Below, piece by piece: positions 13,823-27,221 of a stretch of DNA of 64,000 nucleotides. The DNA is from Eledone cirrhosa (taxonomy: Eukaryota). The position numbers and the translations under genes are program-made. Where the stretch lies: positions 129,208,001-129,272,000 of the forward strand of contig OZ024742.1 of the NCBI GenBank assembly GCA_964016885.1. Reading direction: 5' to 3'. Each line of letters starts with the position of its first letter. Position 1 is the first letter of the stretch. The notes under the pieces are model-generated. The model did not search any database. It was not told the origin of the DNA and was given only the letters and a program-made list of their open reading frames with translations.

Positions 13823-13940
13823 CTTTCACCCTTAACGGGATCTTCCTGTTTTCCTTTGGTTGCAACGTTTTTCAAAATATTTACTTCTGCGTTCACAGAT
13901 TGATTTTTTTAGTTTCAGAAGATCCTGTTAAGGGTGAAAG
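13823..13940. mobile_element. 118-bp miniature inverted-repeat element
   Basis: 23-bp terminal inverted repeats CTTTCACCCTTAACGGGATCTTC (13823-13845) and GAAGATCCTGTTAAGGGTGAAAG (13918-13940), 1 mismatch. Confidence 0.7.
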
Positions 13941-14199
13941 AGAGAAAGCAAGAGCATGGGAAAGAAGAGAGGGGGTGAAATGAGATAGAGAGAGCATGGG
14001 AAGAAGAGAGGGGGTGAAATATAAGAGAGAGAGAAAAGAATGCTCTCAGCATTCTGACTTTCTGTTTTAATGACAAATATGAAAAATATTTTACAAATTG
14101 AACTCCAATTCAATGTTTAGAAAGATCAACTATATTTAATGATGTATGATACAGTAAACACTTAGCATTGTACAAGTTGTAGTCCTACCATATTAACTC

Positions 14200-14413
14200 T
14201 TAACCCTTTAGCATTTAAACTGGCTGTATCTGGCCAGAATTCTCTCACTTCTTTCTGTTCAAACCGGCCATAACTGGCAACTCATACTTATGTTAAGGTA
14301 TTGTTCTAAAAAATAAATAATATCAAAATCTCATAGATTTGATATGTGAGATAAAGCCTGTACAGTGAAAATATAATAGTAAATATAAAGTAATGTAAAT
14401 GGTAAAGGGTTAA
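14200..14413. mobile_element. TTAA-ended MITE, family B
   Basis: TTAACCCTTTAGCATTTA ... TAAATGGTAAAGGGTTAA termini. Confidence 0.85.
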
Positions 14414-15383
14414 ATATCCTATAATGATTTAGTAAAAAAATACTTTAAAATGGATTACCAAAGTACTGAGAGTGTTCGAAGTTTGAATATTTGAAAATGC
14501 AAGAGTCCCAACTGCAGAAAATATCTGTAATAACAGTAATTTTCTCATAGATGCATCTGTCCACTTTTTTCTGTCACTAGGCATAATTTACCCAAATTTC
14601 TCAATTATTATCTATAGTGACTGACTTATTACAGTTATTTTTTGTATTTAAAACCTTCAAATTTAAAATTTTTTAAATAGTCTGTTAATTCAGATGTTTA
14701 TAGTATCTTTATTAGTGGACAGATCATTGTGAATATTTACAGTAAATTAGAATAAAAATTTTCAAGTTTCAAATATGATACAGTCATAATGCTGCTTTGT
14801 ACTTTTCAAGAATGTCTTGCTAATGTGGTGCAGGATGTTAAGAGTTAATTTCAAAAGATTAATTCAAGAAATAAAATGAAAAAAAAACAAAAAAAAAAAA
14901 CGAATTAAGATATTGACAGATTTAATTTGATAGAATTAAATCATCTTAAGAAGAAAGGGAAAAAAAAAATCTATATTTTACAAATCTATAAGTTATTCAC
15001 TAAAAACAATTCTAATAGAAAATATATAGAAACAAGATATATTTTAAAAAAAAACCTGAATGTTTTTATAACCATATTTAGGTCTTCTAAGGTCAGAATA
15101 ATCTAGAATTAATGGCCATCTCAATATTTACATTAAAAAGAGGTTAGAAATCCAGTAATGCTATTTTCTTTCTTATCTTTCATATTTATTAGCAAGAGTT
15201 AACAGAGAGTGTTTGTTGTGACAGCTATAATATCAGAATATAGTTCAAAAGCTAAGTGGTTTAATAAGGGAATGGTTCAATATAGATAGATATTCACTCT
15301 TTAACTGAAGTAAAAATAAATAAATAAAAACCAATCATTTGATAAGTAAAGAATCTTATAGTGAGGAAGCCACACATACACAT

Positions 15384-15414
<31 letters not shown>

Positions 15415-15819
15415 ATTTAACATCTGATTTCCGTGCTTCCATCTTAAGTGTTGGAGACACACATGAAATAAATAAACACTTGACTCTAAACGGTTTATTA
15501 CATTATTTGACATACACAGCTAAATTTAATAAAATAACTCAACTATTTTTCTTTTCTTTTTTTTTTTTTTTTTTTTTACTGCAGTGTACCATCTATCTAG
15601 TCGCAACAATTGGACAAAATGCTGCTTACCTATCTAAAACACCAAGGACCTGAAGGAATCCTTGTATCTACCAATACCTACCACCAACACTTTCAAATTT
15701 CACAAATTTGGAAGCTGGGTAAAATAACAAAAATTTAAGTAAGGTAATACTATAACTCCTTTGAGACATCTCCCTCCTATGCTCATTATCATCATTATCT
15801 TGGGGTGCAAACTGTACTG

Positions 15820-16101
15820 TAACCATAGTAAAACACACACAGACCCCTAATAAAGTAAAAGTGCTGGTTCCACAATAAAGAACACCCAATCTACTCTGTA
15901 AAGTGATGGTGTTGATGCCATTAACAAAACACCCAGTATACCCTGTATACCCTGTAAAATGGTTGGTATCATGGTGGGTATCCAGCTGTAGAACCATGCC
16001 TAATATGGAATGTAAGTGCATCATGAGATCGCTCATATCTGTCTGGTCTTGCACTATGACAACCTGCCCAACCCATGCCAGTGTGGAAAGCAGACAAAAT
16101 C

Positions 16102-16163
<62 letters not shown>
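15820..16163 (+). mobile_element. RTE 3'-UTR remnant ending in a long (GAT)n tail
   Basis: GGGTATCCAGCTGTAGAA...CCAACCCATGCCAGTGTGGAAAGCAGAC followed by about 20 GAT units (16102-16163); explains the poly-His, poly-Ser and poly-Met ORFs. Confidence 0.8.
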
Positions 16164-16165
<2 letters not shown>

Positions 16166-16838
16166 GAGCAGACAAAACTTCTTTCTGTCCATCAACAAGC
16201 ATTTAAGAAACTCATGAATTGTTGGTGAAAATCTGACTTAGAGATGAAGAATAATTAGCAGTTAAGTAAGCAACAGATAACCGAGGCTATAATTTAAAGA
16301 CTATTAAAACAACAGAAACTTTCTGTAAATAAGACAAAACAGATTATGAAGATTGATTACTTTGAACATGGTTTTGAAATGTCAAATAAATGCATCCAAA
16401 ATTACATGAACTTAATGAGATTTTTCATCTCTCTACTTGATAGTGTAATTAATTTTCATACCATCTAAACAGTCAGGCATAATCAAAATGTTTAATTATT
16501 TTCAGCATTTCTTATTAGTAAAATGTAATTTAATTATTATATATTTTAATTTTTATGTTTTATCTACAAAAGTACAGTTGGTAGTTGCAGACAGTCTAAT
16601 CACAATAGTGATAAGTTTGATGAGTTAATTATAACAGCTTCCACTTCGATTTCATAGGTGAATTGAACAAAAAAAAAAAGAGGAAATAACTGTAAAGTTA
16701 CTCAGTTCAAGAAACTGTGAATGGCTAAAAGAAAAATTACAAAATCATTCAATAAAAGGGAATTAAATGAGGTTCCATTCATTTAAGCATAAATAAAAAA
16801 TATGTAAGACAACAATGATGGGATCTGATCTAAACACT

Positions 16839-17033
16839 TTAACTCTTAACATCTTGTACTGCATGAAACCACATTAGCAAAACATTTTTGAAATGTACAA
16901 ACAGCATTATGAATGCATCACATGAAACATTAAAGTTTTTACTCTTTTTTTAATGATATGTCCACTAGTAATGAATTAGCAAACCCATTTTTAGATATTT
17001 TCTACTAAATCACTACAGGATATGAAGAGTTAA
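16839..17033. mobile_element. TTAA-ended MITE, family C
   Basis: TTAACTCTTAACATCTTGTA ... TACAGGATATGAAGAGTTAA. Homologues at about 9987-10201, 14660-14848, 24297-24390, 46517-46981, 55797-56023, 62460-62711 and 63283-63490. Confidence 0.8.
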
Positions 17034-17511
17034 AAAAAAAAAGAAAAGAAAACAATGGTTAATAAGTTTACTTCACAAACATGGAGTTTCAAGTTCAATT
17101 CCAGAGTGGCACCTTGGACAAACATATTTGTGTCCCTGTTTATGTAAAAACCAGAGTTGAATATAAAAAAAAAAAATAAATAAATAAAAATAAAGCTTGT
17201 TTTATCAATCTATATTGGTTGAAATGGATTTTTTTATACTGTTCACTCGGGGAGGGAAGTATTGTGTTCATGATCCTTTTAGAGCCTCTGTGGCTGGTGA
17301 GAGGGTGGAAGGTATCCTTAACCTTTAGCACACTAGAAATTTTTATGAATTGCTTCCCTTGACACTACATTATGTATTAAGGGGAGATTACTCTGTTGGT
17401 GACATAATGTGCCTATAGCAGCCAAAAGGTTAAAGTGGAGACCAGGTTTGAATGCTTCCAATAAAGTAGAACACACAGAAGTCAAGTGGTGATGTCAAAC
17501 CAGATGATAGT

Positions 17512-17919
17512 TTAATCCTTTTGAAACGAAACATCTTGAAATTGCTCCTGCTGTATGGTACAAATCTGTTTATGTTAACATCTTTATATTTATCTAAAAA
17601 CCTTCCATTGTAATTTTATGTCAGAACCTTATTTAAGTTATGTTTCAAGCACCAACTTAAAAATGATTTCCAATCAAGGTACAAGGTCAACAATTTGTGG
17701 TGAGGGTGGATGCTGACTATCAATCCCAGTACATGACTGGTACTTTATTTTATCCACCTTGGAAGGCAAGGTTGACTTCAACAAGATTTGAGCTCAAACC
17801 GTGGAATAATGACAACATTTGTTATATTACTAAATCCCTCCAAATTATTCTTTATTTTCAAAATGATTTGAAAATTATAGGCAATGCCTGATTAGAAATA
17901 TGGTAATAAAAGGGTTTAA
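17512..17919. mobile_element. MITE family A interrupted by an S1 SINE fragment (about 17667-17800)
   Basis: MITE sequence breaks at AAAAATGA and resumes at AATAATGACAAC around a minus-strand S1 fragment. Confidence 0.65.
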
Positions 17920-18704
17920 GTCAACAACTCATATGGGAGGAGTATAATCAACTACAATATTGATAGAATAAGTACTAGAGTTGAAAAAAAGAAATACTGG
18001 GGTTAATATGATTGACTAAAAATCCTTGAAGGTAGTGCACCCGCATAGCTATAGTCCAATGGCTGAAACCAGTAAAAAGAACAGCATTAAGTTGATACCA
18101 ATGTTTTTCTTTCTTTTTTTTTCTATCTTAAAAAAAAAAAAGGTTCCCTTGATTGTGAAGACTGAGTCAGATATCTTAAAATGATTTTCACAACTAAAGA
18201 GTTAAGTAGCCAAAAGAAGAGTTAATATAAACTTATGTTGTGTTGTTTTCAAGATTAATTAGGTTCTGAAGAGGATAACGATTAAAAGACACTCATGATG
18301 TTTTAACAAAAGAGAAAAAATGAAAAATAAAAAATAAAAATAGAGTTGTGAGGTAATAACAATGACACAACAGGCAGCTGCTGTTAAGTAGAGTAGAAAG
18401 AAAACGGATTGTCTTTTTTAAGCAGCTTGGATGAACAAAAAAAAAAATGGAGAGAAAAACAAATGAAGAAAAAATATAAAAACAAATAAAAAACCAAGCA
18501 GATTAGTGGAGGAATGACGGGGGAGGTATTTTCTTCCCTTTTTTTCTCACTCCCACTCCCAATCATAAACATGTTATGTTCAATTGAAACAAAACCAAAT
18601 ATATTTTTCAATGGAAAAAATAAAAGAAATAAAGAAAAGAAGCAAGAGAAGAGGAGAAAGAGAGAAAAATACATTTGTAACTGGTAATGGTAACATATCA
18701 ATCT

Positions 18705-19526
18705 GTTATATACATATATAATCATATATATATATATAAGAACAAAAGATGGTTAAAAGAGTTCCATGTATTTTATTATGCGCATTTCAAAATATATGAT
18801 ATATATATATGATGATGATAGATATATATGATGATGATATATATATATCATCATCATATATATCTATAGATATATATGATGATGATATATATATATATGA
18901 TGATGATATATATATGATGATGATGATGATATATATATGATGATGATGATTATGATATATATATGATGATGATTATATATATATATATAGGCCGAAACAA
19001 ATGAGATCGTGTAGGTGTCACGACAAAAAACACACAGTCCACGCTGTAATGTGGCCGTGTAGGCAACACGGTAAAAACCTCCCAGACCCACACTGTAAAT
19101 GTGGTTGGTGTTAGGAAGGGCATCCAACTGTAGAAAACCTGCCAGACAGTCCTATGCGAGCAAGACAATCACTCTTGCCTCAAGTGGGACTACCCCCGTC
19201 CAAACCCATGCAAGCGTGGAACACGGACGTTAAACGTTGATGATGATGATGATGATGATATATATATAATGGTTATATATATAATCATCATCATATATAT
19301 ATATATATATATATAATGGTTATATATATAATCATCATATATATATATATATATAGATATAATCATCATATATATATATATATATATAATTGTTTCCTCT
19401 TTAGGCACAAGGCCAGCAATTACCCAGTGCATTACTATATATAATCATCATCATATATATATATATATATATATATCATCATCATATATATATCATCATC
19501 ATCATCATCATTATATATATATATAT

Positions 19527-19578
<52 letters not shown>

Positions 19579-19669
19579 TCATCATATATATATATATATC
19601 TATCTATCATCATCATATATATATCTATCATCATCATATATATATATCTATCATCATCATATATATATA

Positions 19670-19700
<31 letters not shown>

Positions 19701-19839
19701 TATATATCATCATCATCATCATCATATATATATCATCATCATATATATATATCCATCATCATCATCATATATATCATCATCATCATCATCATCATCATAT
19801 ATATATCATCATCATCATCATCATATATATATATATATA
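18705..19839. repeat. Compound (TA)n/(ATC)n/(GAT)n microsatellite hub with embedded repeat fragments
   Basis: Direct reading; contains an RTE tail (18991-19259) and an S1 SINE tail fragment (about 19388-19435). Confidence 0.95.
18991..19259 (+). mobile_element. RTE subfamily A 3'-UTR fragment
   Basis: Reverse complement of the 3' UTR at 33432-33650 and 20834-21090; ends GGACGTTAAACGTTGATGATGAT. Confidence 0.9.
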
Positions 19840-20736
19840 CAGGGTGCGAAGAATATTTATTTGTTCGCAATTTTCAACCTCTAATTTTATGCAAATTTTT
19901 TTTTACTTCCGTTGTCACTCTTGTCTTCATAAGAACAGCGACTATATTTCCATTATTTATTTTCAGAATAATTGTTTATGAATAATTTTGAACCTCCAAA
20001 TTTGTGAAAGAGACACAAAGTTCTTCTTGGAATCCGCGCTGGGAGGACAAATAAGACCAGAAGATCAACTCCCAGAACAACAGGTGGCTCGCTGTCTCAT
20101 CCAAAGACGTGCCCAGAGTCATGCAGACAAAGTTTCCAGCGACAACATTGGTCTTAGGTGTCGTCAGCAGTCAAGAGGACGTCATGCCACCTCACTTCTT
20201 CCCTGAGTGCCTCAAGCTGAACACCGATGGCTACATCCGCGTTCTGAGCGAGGTAGTAAAGCCCTGGATCGGCCAGGTAGCTGCAGGTAGGCTGTACGTG
20301 TGGTAGCAAGACTCAGAGCCCTGCCATACCAGCCGAAACACCCAAGCCTGGCTGTCAGAGAACTTCGTCGACCACACTTCACCTGGCATCTGGCCGCCCA
20401 GCTCCCCTGATTGCAAACCCCTTGACTTTTTTGTGTGGGGCGCAGTGGAACGAGACACCAACAGATCTAGCTGCAATACGAAAGACGATCTGAAGGCCAG
20501 AATCACAAGTGCCTTTAGGGGCCTAAGTCGGGGGACAGTGACGAAGGCCTGTAGCCGGTTCCGAGGCTGCCTTGAGGCCGTCATCAAAGCCAATGGCTGG
20601 TTTATCGAGTGAGATCGAAAGAACAAGTCATGAAGACAAACTGACCTAAGTTTGATAAATAAATCTTAAAAAATAAAACTACTGTGTTATTTTTTCCTAG
20701 ACAGTAATCTTGCGAACAAATATCGTCCGCACCCTG
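19840..20736 (+). mobile_element. Internally deleted Tc1/mariner-superfamily DNA transposon, maT (DD37D) family
   Basis: TIRs CAGGGTGCGAAGAATATTTATTTGTTCGCAA and TTGCGAACAAATATCGTCCGCACCCTG, each flanked by TA; transposase C-terminal half inside. Confidence 0.9.
20055..20612 (+). pseudogene. DD37D transposase C-terminal fragment
   Basis: Reading through the TAG at 20304-20306: DQKINSQNNRW...TKFPATTLVLGVVSS...YVW*QDSEPCHTS...WPPSSPDCKPLDFFVWGAVE...AVIKANGWFIE*. There are 37 residues between the second and third catalytic Asp; the first Asp and the HTH domains are missing. Confidence 0.9.
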
Positions 20737-20740
20737 TATA

Positions 20741-20778
<38 letters not shown>

Positions 20779-20833
20779 CATCATCATATATATATATATA
20801 TCATCATCATCACATCATCAATATATATATATA

Positions 20834-21479
20834 TCATCATCATCATTTAACGTCCATATTCCACGCTTGCATGGGTTTGGACGGGAGTTTTCCCACTTAA
20901 GGCAAGATTTGTTGTCCTGCTCGTATAGTACTGTCTGGCGGGTTTTCTACGGCTGGATGCCCTTCCTAACACCAACCACGTTTACAGTGTGGACTGGGAG
21001 GTTTTTACCGTGTTACCTACACGGCCACATTACAGCATGGACTGTGTTTTTTTCTCGTGACACCTACACGACCTCACTTGTTTCGGACTGGATGTTGTGG
21101 TACCAACATAACTTCACATTTAAGGGGGTGGTGTGGACGGGGTGGGGTAGTGGGACGGGGGTGTATTTTGTTAGAGGTGCCTACTGACTGTAGGTTTCAC
21201 TTTGTACTTAGGCAAGGCGGGTCTTCTGTATGACTGTGTAGCGCCAAAGATCTCGGTCCAGTGACATTGTCTTGGAGAGGTGCAAGTGTGTGAGGTCGGA
21301 ATTTATCAAGTCGTCCCAGGTTTTTCTGGGTCTGCCTACTCCGTGGCTACCGTCTATTTTGATCGCCCTGCACTTTTTTATACAGCTGTCGTCTTTCATG
21401 CACATCACATGACCATACCAACGTAGTCTTCTCTCGAGTAAACAACATCTGATCCCTCTTATTCCTAATTTCTCCCTTA
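20834..21479 (-). mobile_element. 5'-truncated RTE subfamily A copy
   Basis: ORF 21208..21486 (RRLRWYGHV...GRPRKTW) nearly identical to the end of ORF 33772..34551; 3' UTR and (GAT)n tail; (TA)n on both sides. Confidence 0.92.
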
Positions 21480-22240
21480 CACACATTCAACACATATATA
21501 TATATATATATTATGAAGAACAACAATCTGAAGAGGAAATAAAGCTGCTGCTCTGTTCGTTTGTCTCAAAGAAGTGTTTTGATTCTTTTGAAACCAAACT
21601 GCCTTAAACCATCACTGGTTCTACAGTACAAAGTTGATCATTTTAACCCTTTGGTACCAAACTGCTTTAAACTGCCCCTGTTTCTATGATACAACAATAT
21701 TTATTATAAAGTATTTATATTCATCTAAAACTTCTTCTAACATAATTTTATGTAAGAACCTTTAGTATTTTCTAAACATCTTAATGAGAACATTAGTTCT
21801 ATTACTGAATCACTCCAAATTCTGGAGTATTTTCCAAATTATTTTAAAATTATTAGATATATGATAATAGAAATGTTAGCATTTATATTTATCAAAAAAC
21901 TTTCCACCCTAATTTTATGCAAGAACCTTGATTAAGTTATGTTCCAAACACTAGCTTAATAATGGGGAAGTGAGTTATATAATAAATCACTTCAAATTCT
22001 ATATTTTCAAAAATAATTTACAATAACAGAGTGTCTTTCATTTGAAATATGGCAACAAAAGAGTTTAATGGTATTTCAGCACCACACTATCAAGCTCTCA
22101 TCATTTACTGACTACTCCCCCCCCCTCTCTCTCTCATTCTTTCTGGTTTTCTATCATTCTCTTCAGGAGGTTATTATTAGTAAAATTTCTTTTTCACCTC
22201 AACCTCTCTATTTTATTATGTGTGTGTTTCTATGTATGAA

Positions 22241-22581
22241 TCATCATCATCATCATCATTTTACGTCCGCTTTTTCCCTGCTTGCAAGGGTGAGACGGGA
22301 ACTGATTCTGGCTTGATTTCTACAGCTGGATGCCCTTCCTAACACCAACCTCATTTACAGTGAGTGCTGGGTGCTTTTTTGCCGTGGCACCTCCACGACC
22401 ACTTTGCAGTGGAATGATATGGACCCCAGTCTTATCATCTCATTTCTACAGCTGAGTAAACTGGAGCAATGGGAAATAAAGTGTCTTGCTCAAGGAAACA
22501 ACACATCACCCGGTCTGAGAACTGAACTCACAACCTTTCGATTGCAAGGCCAATGCTCTAACCACTAAGCCATGTGCCTCC
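22241..22581 (-). mobile_element. Composite SINE: tRNA/CORE head plus RTE subfamily B 3' tail (tail type d)
   Basis: Head GGAGGCACATGGCTTAGTGG on the minus strand, CORE block, then RTE-B 3' UTR and (GAT)n; near-identical copy at 33070-33388(+). Confidence 0.88.
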
Positions 22582-23624
22582 ATGTGTGAGTCTTTCAATA
22601 TGTGAGTGTGTGTGTGTGCCTGTCATTCCATATGTACCTACATGTATGTGTGTGCATATCCCTATGTGGGTGCATATCCCTATTGCTTTGTGTGTGTACA
22701 TGTGAGTGTGTGTGTGTATCTTCCTCTGCGTTTATGTCTATCCATCTGTATGTGTCACTTCTCCCTCTCACATTTTCCTCAATATTATGCCACTCCAATA
22801 CAACACAAACTACCAATATTAGAAACAACCTCTTAGAGTTGAACATTCTCTTTCACAGTTTCTACTAGTTGATACCCCCCCCCCCACACACACACACTTT
22901 CTAGTTTATCCTGAAATAAGCAAAGGAAAGAGGGGAAAGTATCATGTTTCTCTAGCCTCCATTCAGATAAATCTAAAGTCTGTTTCAAGACCAGAGGCTC
23001 ATCAAGCCAATGCTTATCCCGGTTTCCATGGTGTTAAGCAACTGAAAGTACAAGACTCCTCCCCGAACAGAATGCCAGTCTATCACAAGTTTAAACCACC
23101 TGCCACTACTGGTACTCATTTTCAATTGAGTGTACTGGAACAATGTGAAATTTCTCCAGGGTCTCTCTCTCTCACTCATTCTTCCTAATATACAAACTAA
23201 GTATACAAGCACCAAATTGGAATATTAGTTAGTATCCTTCAAACAGGTAATGGTTGAGTGAGGATGCAGAGCATAGAAAGATAAAATGTCAAACTCCATT
23301 TGAGAATATTATGTCAAAATATTTTCTCTCAGCTCAATTTTGGGAAATACAGTCTCAAAAAAACCATAGTATCAGGACAGTGTAAGTCCCTACTAAATAA
23401 TCTAATTCAACTAAAATATAAATTTGAGTAAATTCTTTTATTACAGGATTTAATCATTTGACTGTAACTATGCTAGGAACAACTTTAAAGGGATTTTAGT
23501 TGATCATAACCCAGTATATTTTTTTCAAGTCTAGTACTTATTTTATCAATCCATTTGTTTTGTCTTTTTTTTTGTTGAATCACTAACTTATGCAACATAA
23601 ACAAATAATAAATGTATACACACA

Positions 23625-23930
23625 TACGTATACGACTGGCTTCCACACAGTTTCCATCTATAAATTTCACTCACCAAGCCAAGATCAACCTGAAGCTATT
23701 GTGAAAGACACTTGCCCAAACTGTCATACAAAGTAGGGCCAAACCTGGAGACTCGTGATTATGAAGCAAAGTTCTACATACACAGACACACATACATGTA
23801 TACGACTGCTTTCTACACAGTTTCCATCGATAAATTTCACTCATAAAGTCTAGGTTAACCCGAAGCTATCATGAAAGACACTTTCCCAAAACTGGAGACT
23901 CACTCATGATTGTGAAGCAAAGATCTTAAC
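23625..23930 (-). mobile_element. Tandem pair of a second CORE-type SINE family (S4)
   Basis: Two adjacent copies of TATACGACTG(G)CTT(C/T)CACACAGTTTCCATC...GAAAGACACTT(G/T)CCCAAA. Other copies at about 30925-31625 (interrupted), 39550-39670 and 47045-47150. Confidence 0.7.
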
Positions 23931-25320
23931 GATTTGGTCATGTCATGTTGCATCCATGTAATCAAAATACACTAACATCATATATAAATTAAAAATTCAT
24001 TCAATCTAAATAATCTTGAAGAGTTGTAATAGCTAACTATTAATAGGCATTACACTTATCTAACATTCCTCTTGATTTTACAAGATGGCTGCTGTTTTTA
24101 ACCTCTTGTATATACTGACAGAACCATTCAAGCTTACAGTAGCATGACACGATGGATTAGAAAGTAGAGAAGAACAAAAAAACTAATTAAATATAATTAA
24201 CAAGGCAGAACACAAAGTGTTTTTGTTTCATTTTTCTTTTGTTCTTATTGTTTTTGTTTATTTCTTCGGTTGCTATAAGACTAGAAGAGTCGACCTTTAA
24301 CTCTTAACACCCTGTACTGCATAAAACAACACCAGCAAGACATTCTTGAAAAGTACAAAATGGCACATCACATTAAAAATTAGTCTTTACTCATCCTTGC
24401 TCACATATTTCTGGAAAGGTCATGGAAGCTGAGTCCTTAAGTACTACCTAGCCTCCCACCTTACTATCTGTCTATATACATATCTACACCTATTCACCTA
24501 CCCACATACCCATCCAACTACCTAAATCTACCTTCCTACCCACTTACCTACCTATCTATCTGCTTATATAACTACCAGCCCACCCTCTCACCTACCCATC
24601 CACTTACCTGCCTACCTATCTACATGTTGCACCCATGCCCATGTCCAGGCTTTGGTGTGTGTGTGTGGGGGGGGGGTATAGTGGAGCTTCAGAATATTCT
24701 GGGTGGCTACTCAAAACTACGATAATTCTAAAGTACTTTTGAAATAAGAATATCAGTGACACAGATGGTACATGACTGAAAAGTAAGGGAGATAAGCCAT
24801 TCAATGCCTCACACTTGGCAAGGGGCTTCGTTGCACTGTTCTGAATTTAAATCCTACCAGCAAAGTTGAACTTACATTTTGTCCTTGTAGTTGGTAATCA
24901 ATTTAAAATCAGTGCCAGTAATATATAGGCTTGAAATCAATCAATTATTCCTCCCCACTCACGACCTACCATACCAAAAAAAAAAAAAAAAAAAATTTGG
25001 CTGTAAGACCGATTTATAATAATAATAATAATAATAATGAAATATTGTGTACAGTGCTCAGGTGCACTACAACATCAAAAAGTGTATGTATAGTACATAG
25101 GGTAATGTACAAACGTCAGGAAAATGAACAGTGCATGAGTCATGATATACACATAAAAGAATATGAACTTCACCACGTAATCATGCCTGAGTCTAACCCT
25201 AATGTTAAATATTACTATTTATTTTATTTCTCATTCAGAGGAGAGAACACCTTTCAATCACTACTTGTGTTTATGATGATGAGGGATGCAATATTAAGAC
25301 ATCATCATGTCTATATATGT

Positions 25321-25465
25321 AATGATATACACACCTTAATAGTCTAGTTAGCATCTACCCCTAACCACTCTCCAAATAACATATTATTCAATAATGATAT
25401 ACACACCTTAACAATCTGGTTAGCATCTACCCCTAACCACTCTCTAAATAACATATTATGCAAAT
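25321..25465. repeat. 72-bp tandem duplication (2 copies)
   Basis: AATGATATACACACCTTAA...AAATAACATATTAT starts at 25321 and again at 25393. Confidence 0.9.
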
Positions 25466-26149
25466 AATCTCCCATGTTGAATTGGTCAAGTCATTAGAGT
25501 GTTAGATAGATTGCTTTGCAGTATTTGTTCTGGCTCTCAGCACTCTGAGTTCAAATCTCGTCTTGGTCAACTTTACCTTTCATCCTTTCGAGGTAGAGAA
25601 AGAAATAATACCAACCCAATCCAATACTAGGACTGATTCTGCCTCTATCTCTTTTTCACATCCCTCTCTCTAAAAGAAACTATTTGTGTTCAAACCTGGA
25701 GAGGGACAGACTCTACCATGTTTAAAATATCCAAGACACACCGTATGTCACTACAGCACCCCTACGATTCTACCAGGAGTTACAGGCTCACACACACACA
25801 CAACTATTTTCCAACTATTTGGTGGGATTTGAACTGAGAGCACAGTAAACCAGAACAACAAAAAAATACCGACCTATTTTCATTTTACTGCCCTAATGAT
25901 TCAACTAATTTGCAGCCTTTGTAAGGATGATATATAAAAACTTTAGCTAACAGATAAGAAAAATACTTGTGTTAATTTAGTAATGTATAGAGAATGAAAA
26001 TTATTATTTTTAATTTGAAATGTCTTCCAAATGCAGATGATTATATAATAGTCAATCATCTAAACTATAATAAAGTAAGGAGTGCGGGACTGTGTACGGT
26101 TTATTTCTTTTAATCCAGTTAGTAAAATAAGTTGGATTACTTTGAATAA

Positions 26150-26338
26150 ATAATTGTTTCTACTTTAGGCACAAGGCCAGCAATTACCCAGTTCATTACT
26201 GGTACTTTATTTTATCGACCCCGTAAGGATGAAAGGCAAAGTCAACCTCGGCGAGATTTGAACTCAGATCGTAAAGGGACGTAACTATGCTGGAAATCAT
26301 GGCGTCCGACCCCCTACCGATACTACCAATCCACCGCC
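26150..26338 (-). mobile_element. Full-length S1 SINE with 10-bp TSD
   Basis: Flanking direct repeat CTTTGAATAA at 26140-26149 and 26339-26348; B-box-like GAGTTCAAATCTC on the minus strand; CpGs retained. Confidence 0.9.
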
Positions 26339-26487
26339 CTTTGAATAATGAATATTACATAATTTATCTACTAATTTTGTGGCTGTTGATTAAATATAGG
26401 GTGGTTTTTCTGCATTTTCCAAAGCATTTGGAACTACATTTCAAATTTTACCAATGCTTCTTCAGTCAACTTGATGTTTATTTTATT

Positions 26488-26527
<40 letters not shown>

Positions 26528-26871
26528 TTTATCTGAAGTAAAATGAACTAAAATGGAGAAAAAAAACTGAATAAAGAAAATGAAGAAACTTTTTTTTATA
26601 TATTTTGTTAAAGTTTTTGTACAAATCAAAGAATCATTATAGCTTTATCTTTCTGGATTGGCAAACATATTGTTTAGAATTGAGATACAATCAACATTCA
26701 GCAATCAATCAATCTTGCACGAAAGAAATATTACTTCTCAATATTCTGGTTTCTAGTGTTAAGACTGTGTAGCATGTATGAAATATTAGTAAATATTAGT
26801 ATATGGACTAATATACAGTACAGTGAACTGGAGTTGGAGAAGAACAAAAGAGTGAAATAAACCAATAAATA

Positions 26872-27080
26872 AAGTGTGAAGGAAGAAAAGAAAGAGAAAG
26901 AAGGAAAGAAAGAGAAAAAAAGAGAAAAGAAGAGAAAGGAAAAGAGAGAAAGAGAGAAAGAGAGAAAGAGAGAAAGAGAGAAAGAGAGAAAAAGTGAAAG
27001 AGAGAAAGAGAGAAAAAGTGAAAGAAAGGAAAGTGAGAGAAAAAGAGAACAAAAGAAAAGAAAAGAATGAAAGAAAAAGA
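26872..27080. repeat. Polypurine (GA-rich) low-complexity tract
   Basis: Direct reading; similar tract at 13490-13680. Confidence 0.9.
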
Positions 27081-27221
27081 TATTTCACTAGTTTGAAGAG
27101 TTTAGAAGAGTTACCCCCCCCCCCCCCCACAACAAATTTATAGATAAATTAAAAAAAAATAATAAAATAAACATTAACAAAGTTTGATGTAGAGTCATCA
27201 ATAATGTATTTTGAAACTTAC

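Noticed and set aside
15595-15720. Strong plus-strand acceptor (poly-T...CTGCAG)
   Set aside because: All three frames hit stops within about 70 nt; the poly-T is probably a simple homopolymer.
18776-18790. Minus-strand GAAA-TGCGCA-TA resembling a hammerhead stem III half in a TA-flanked fragment
   Set aside because: No CUGANGA core or stems I and II; truncated by microsatellite, so it cannot be supported.
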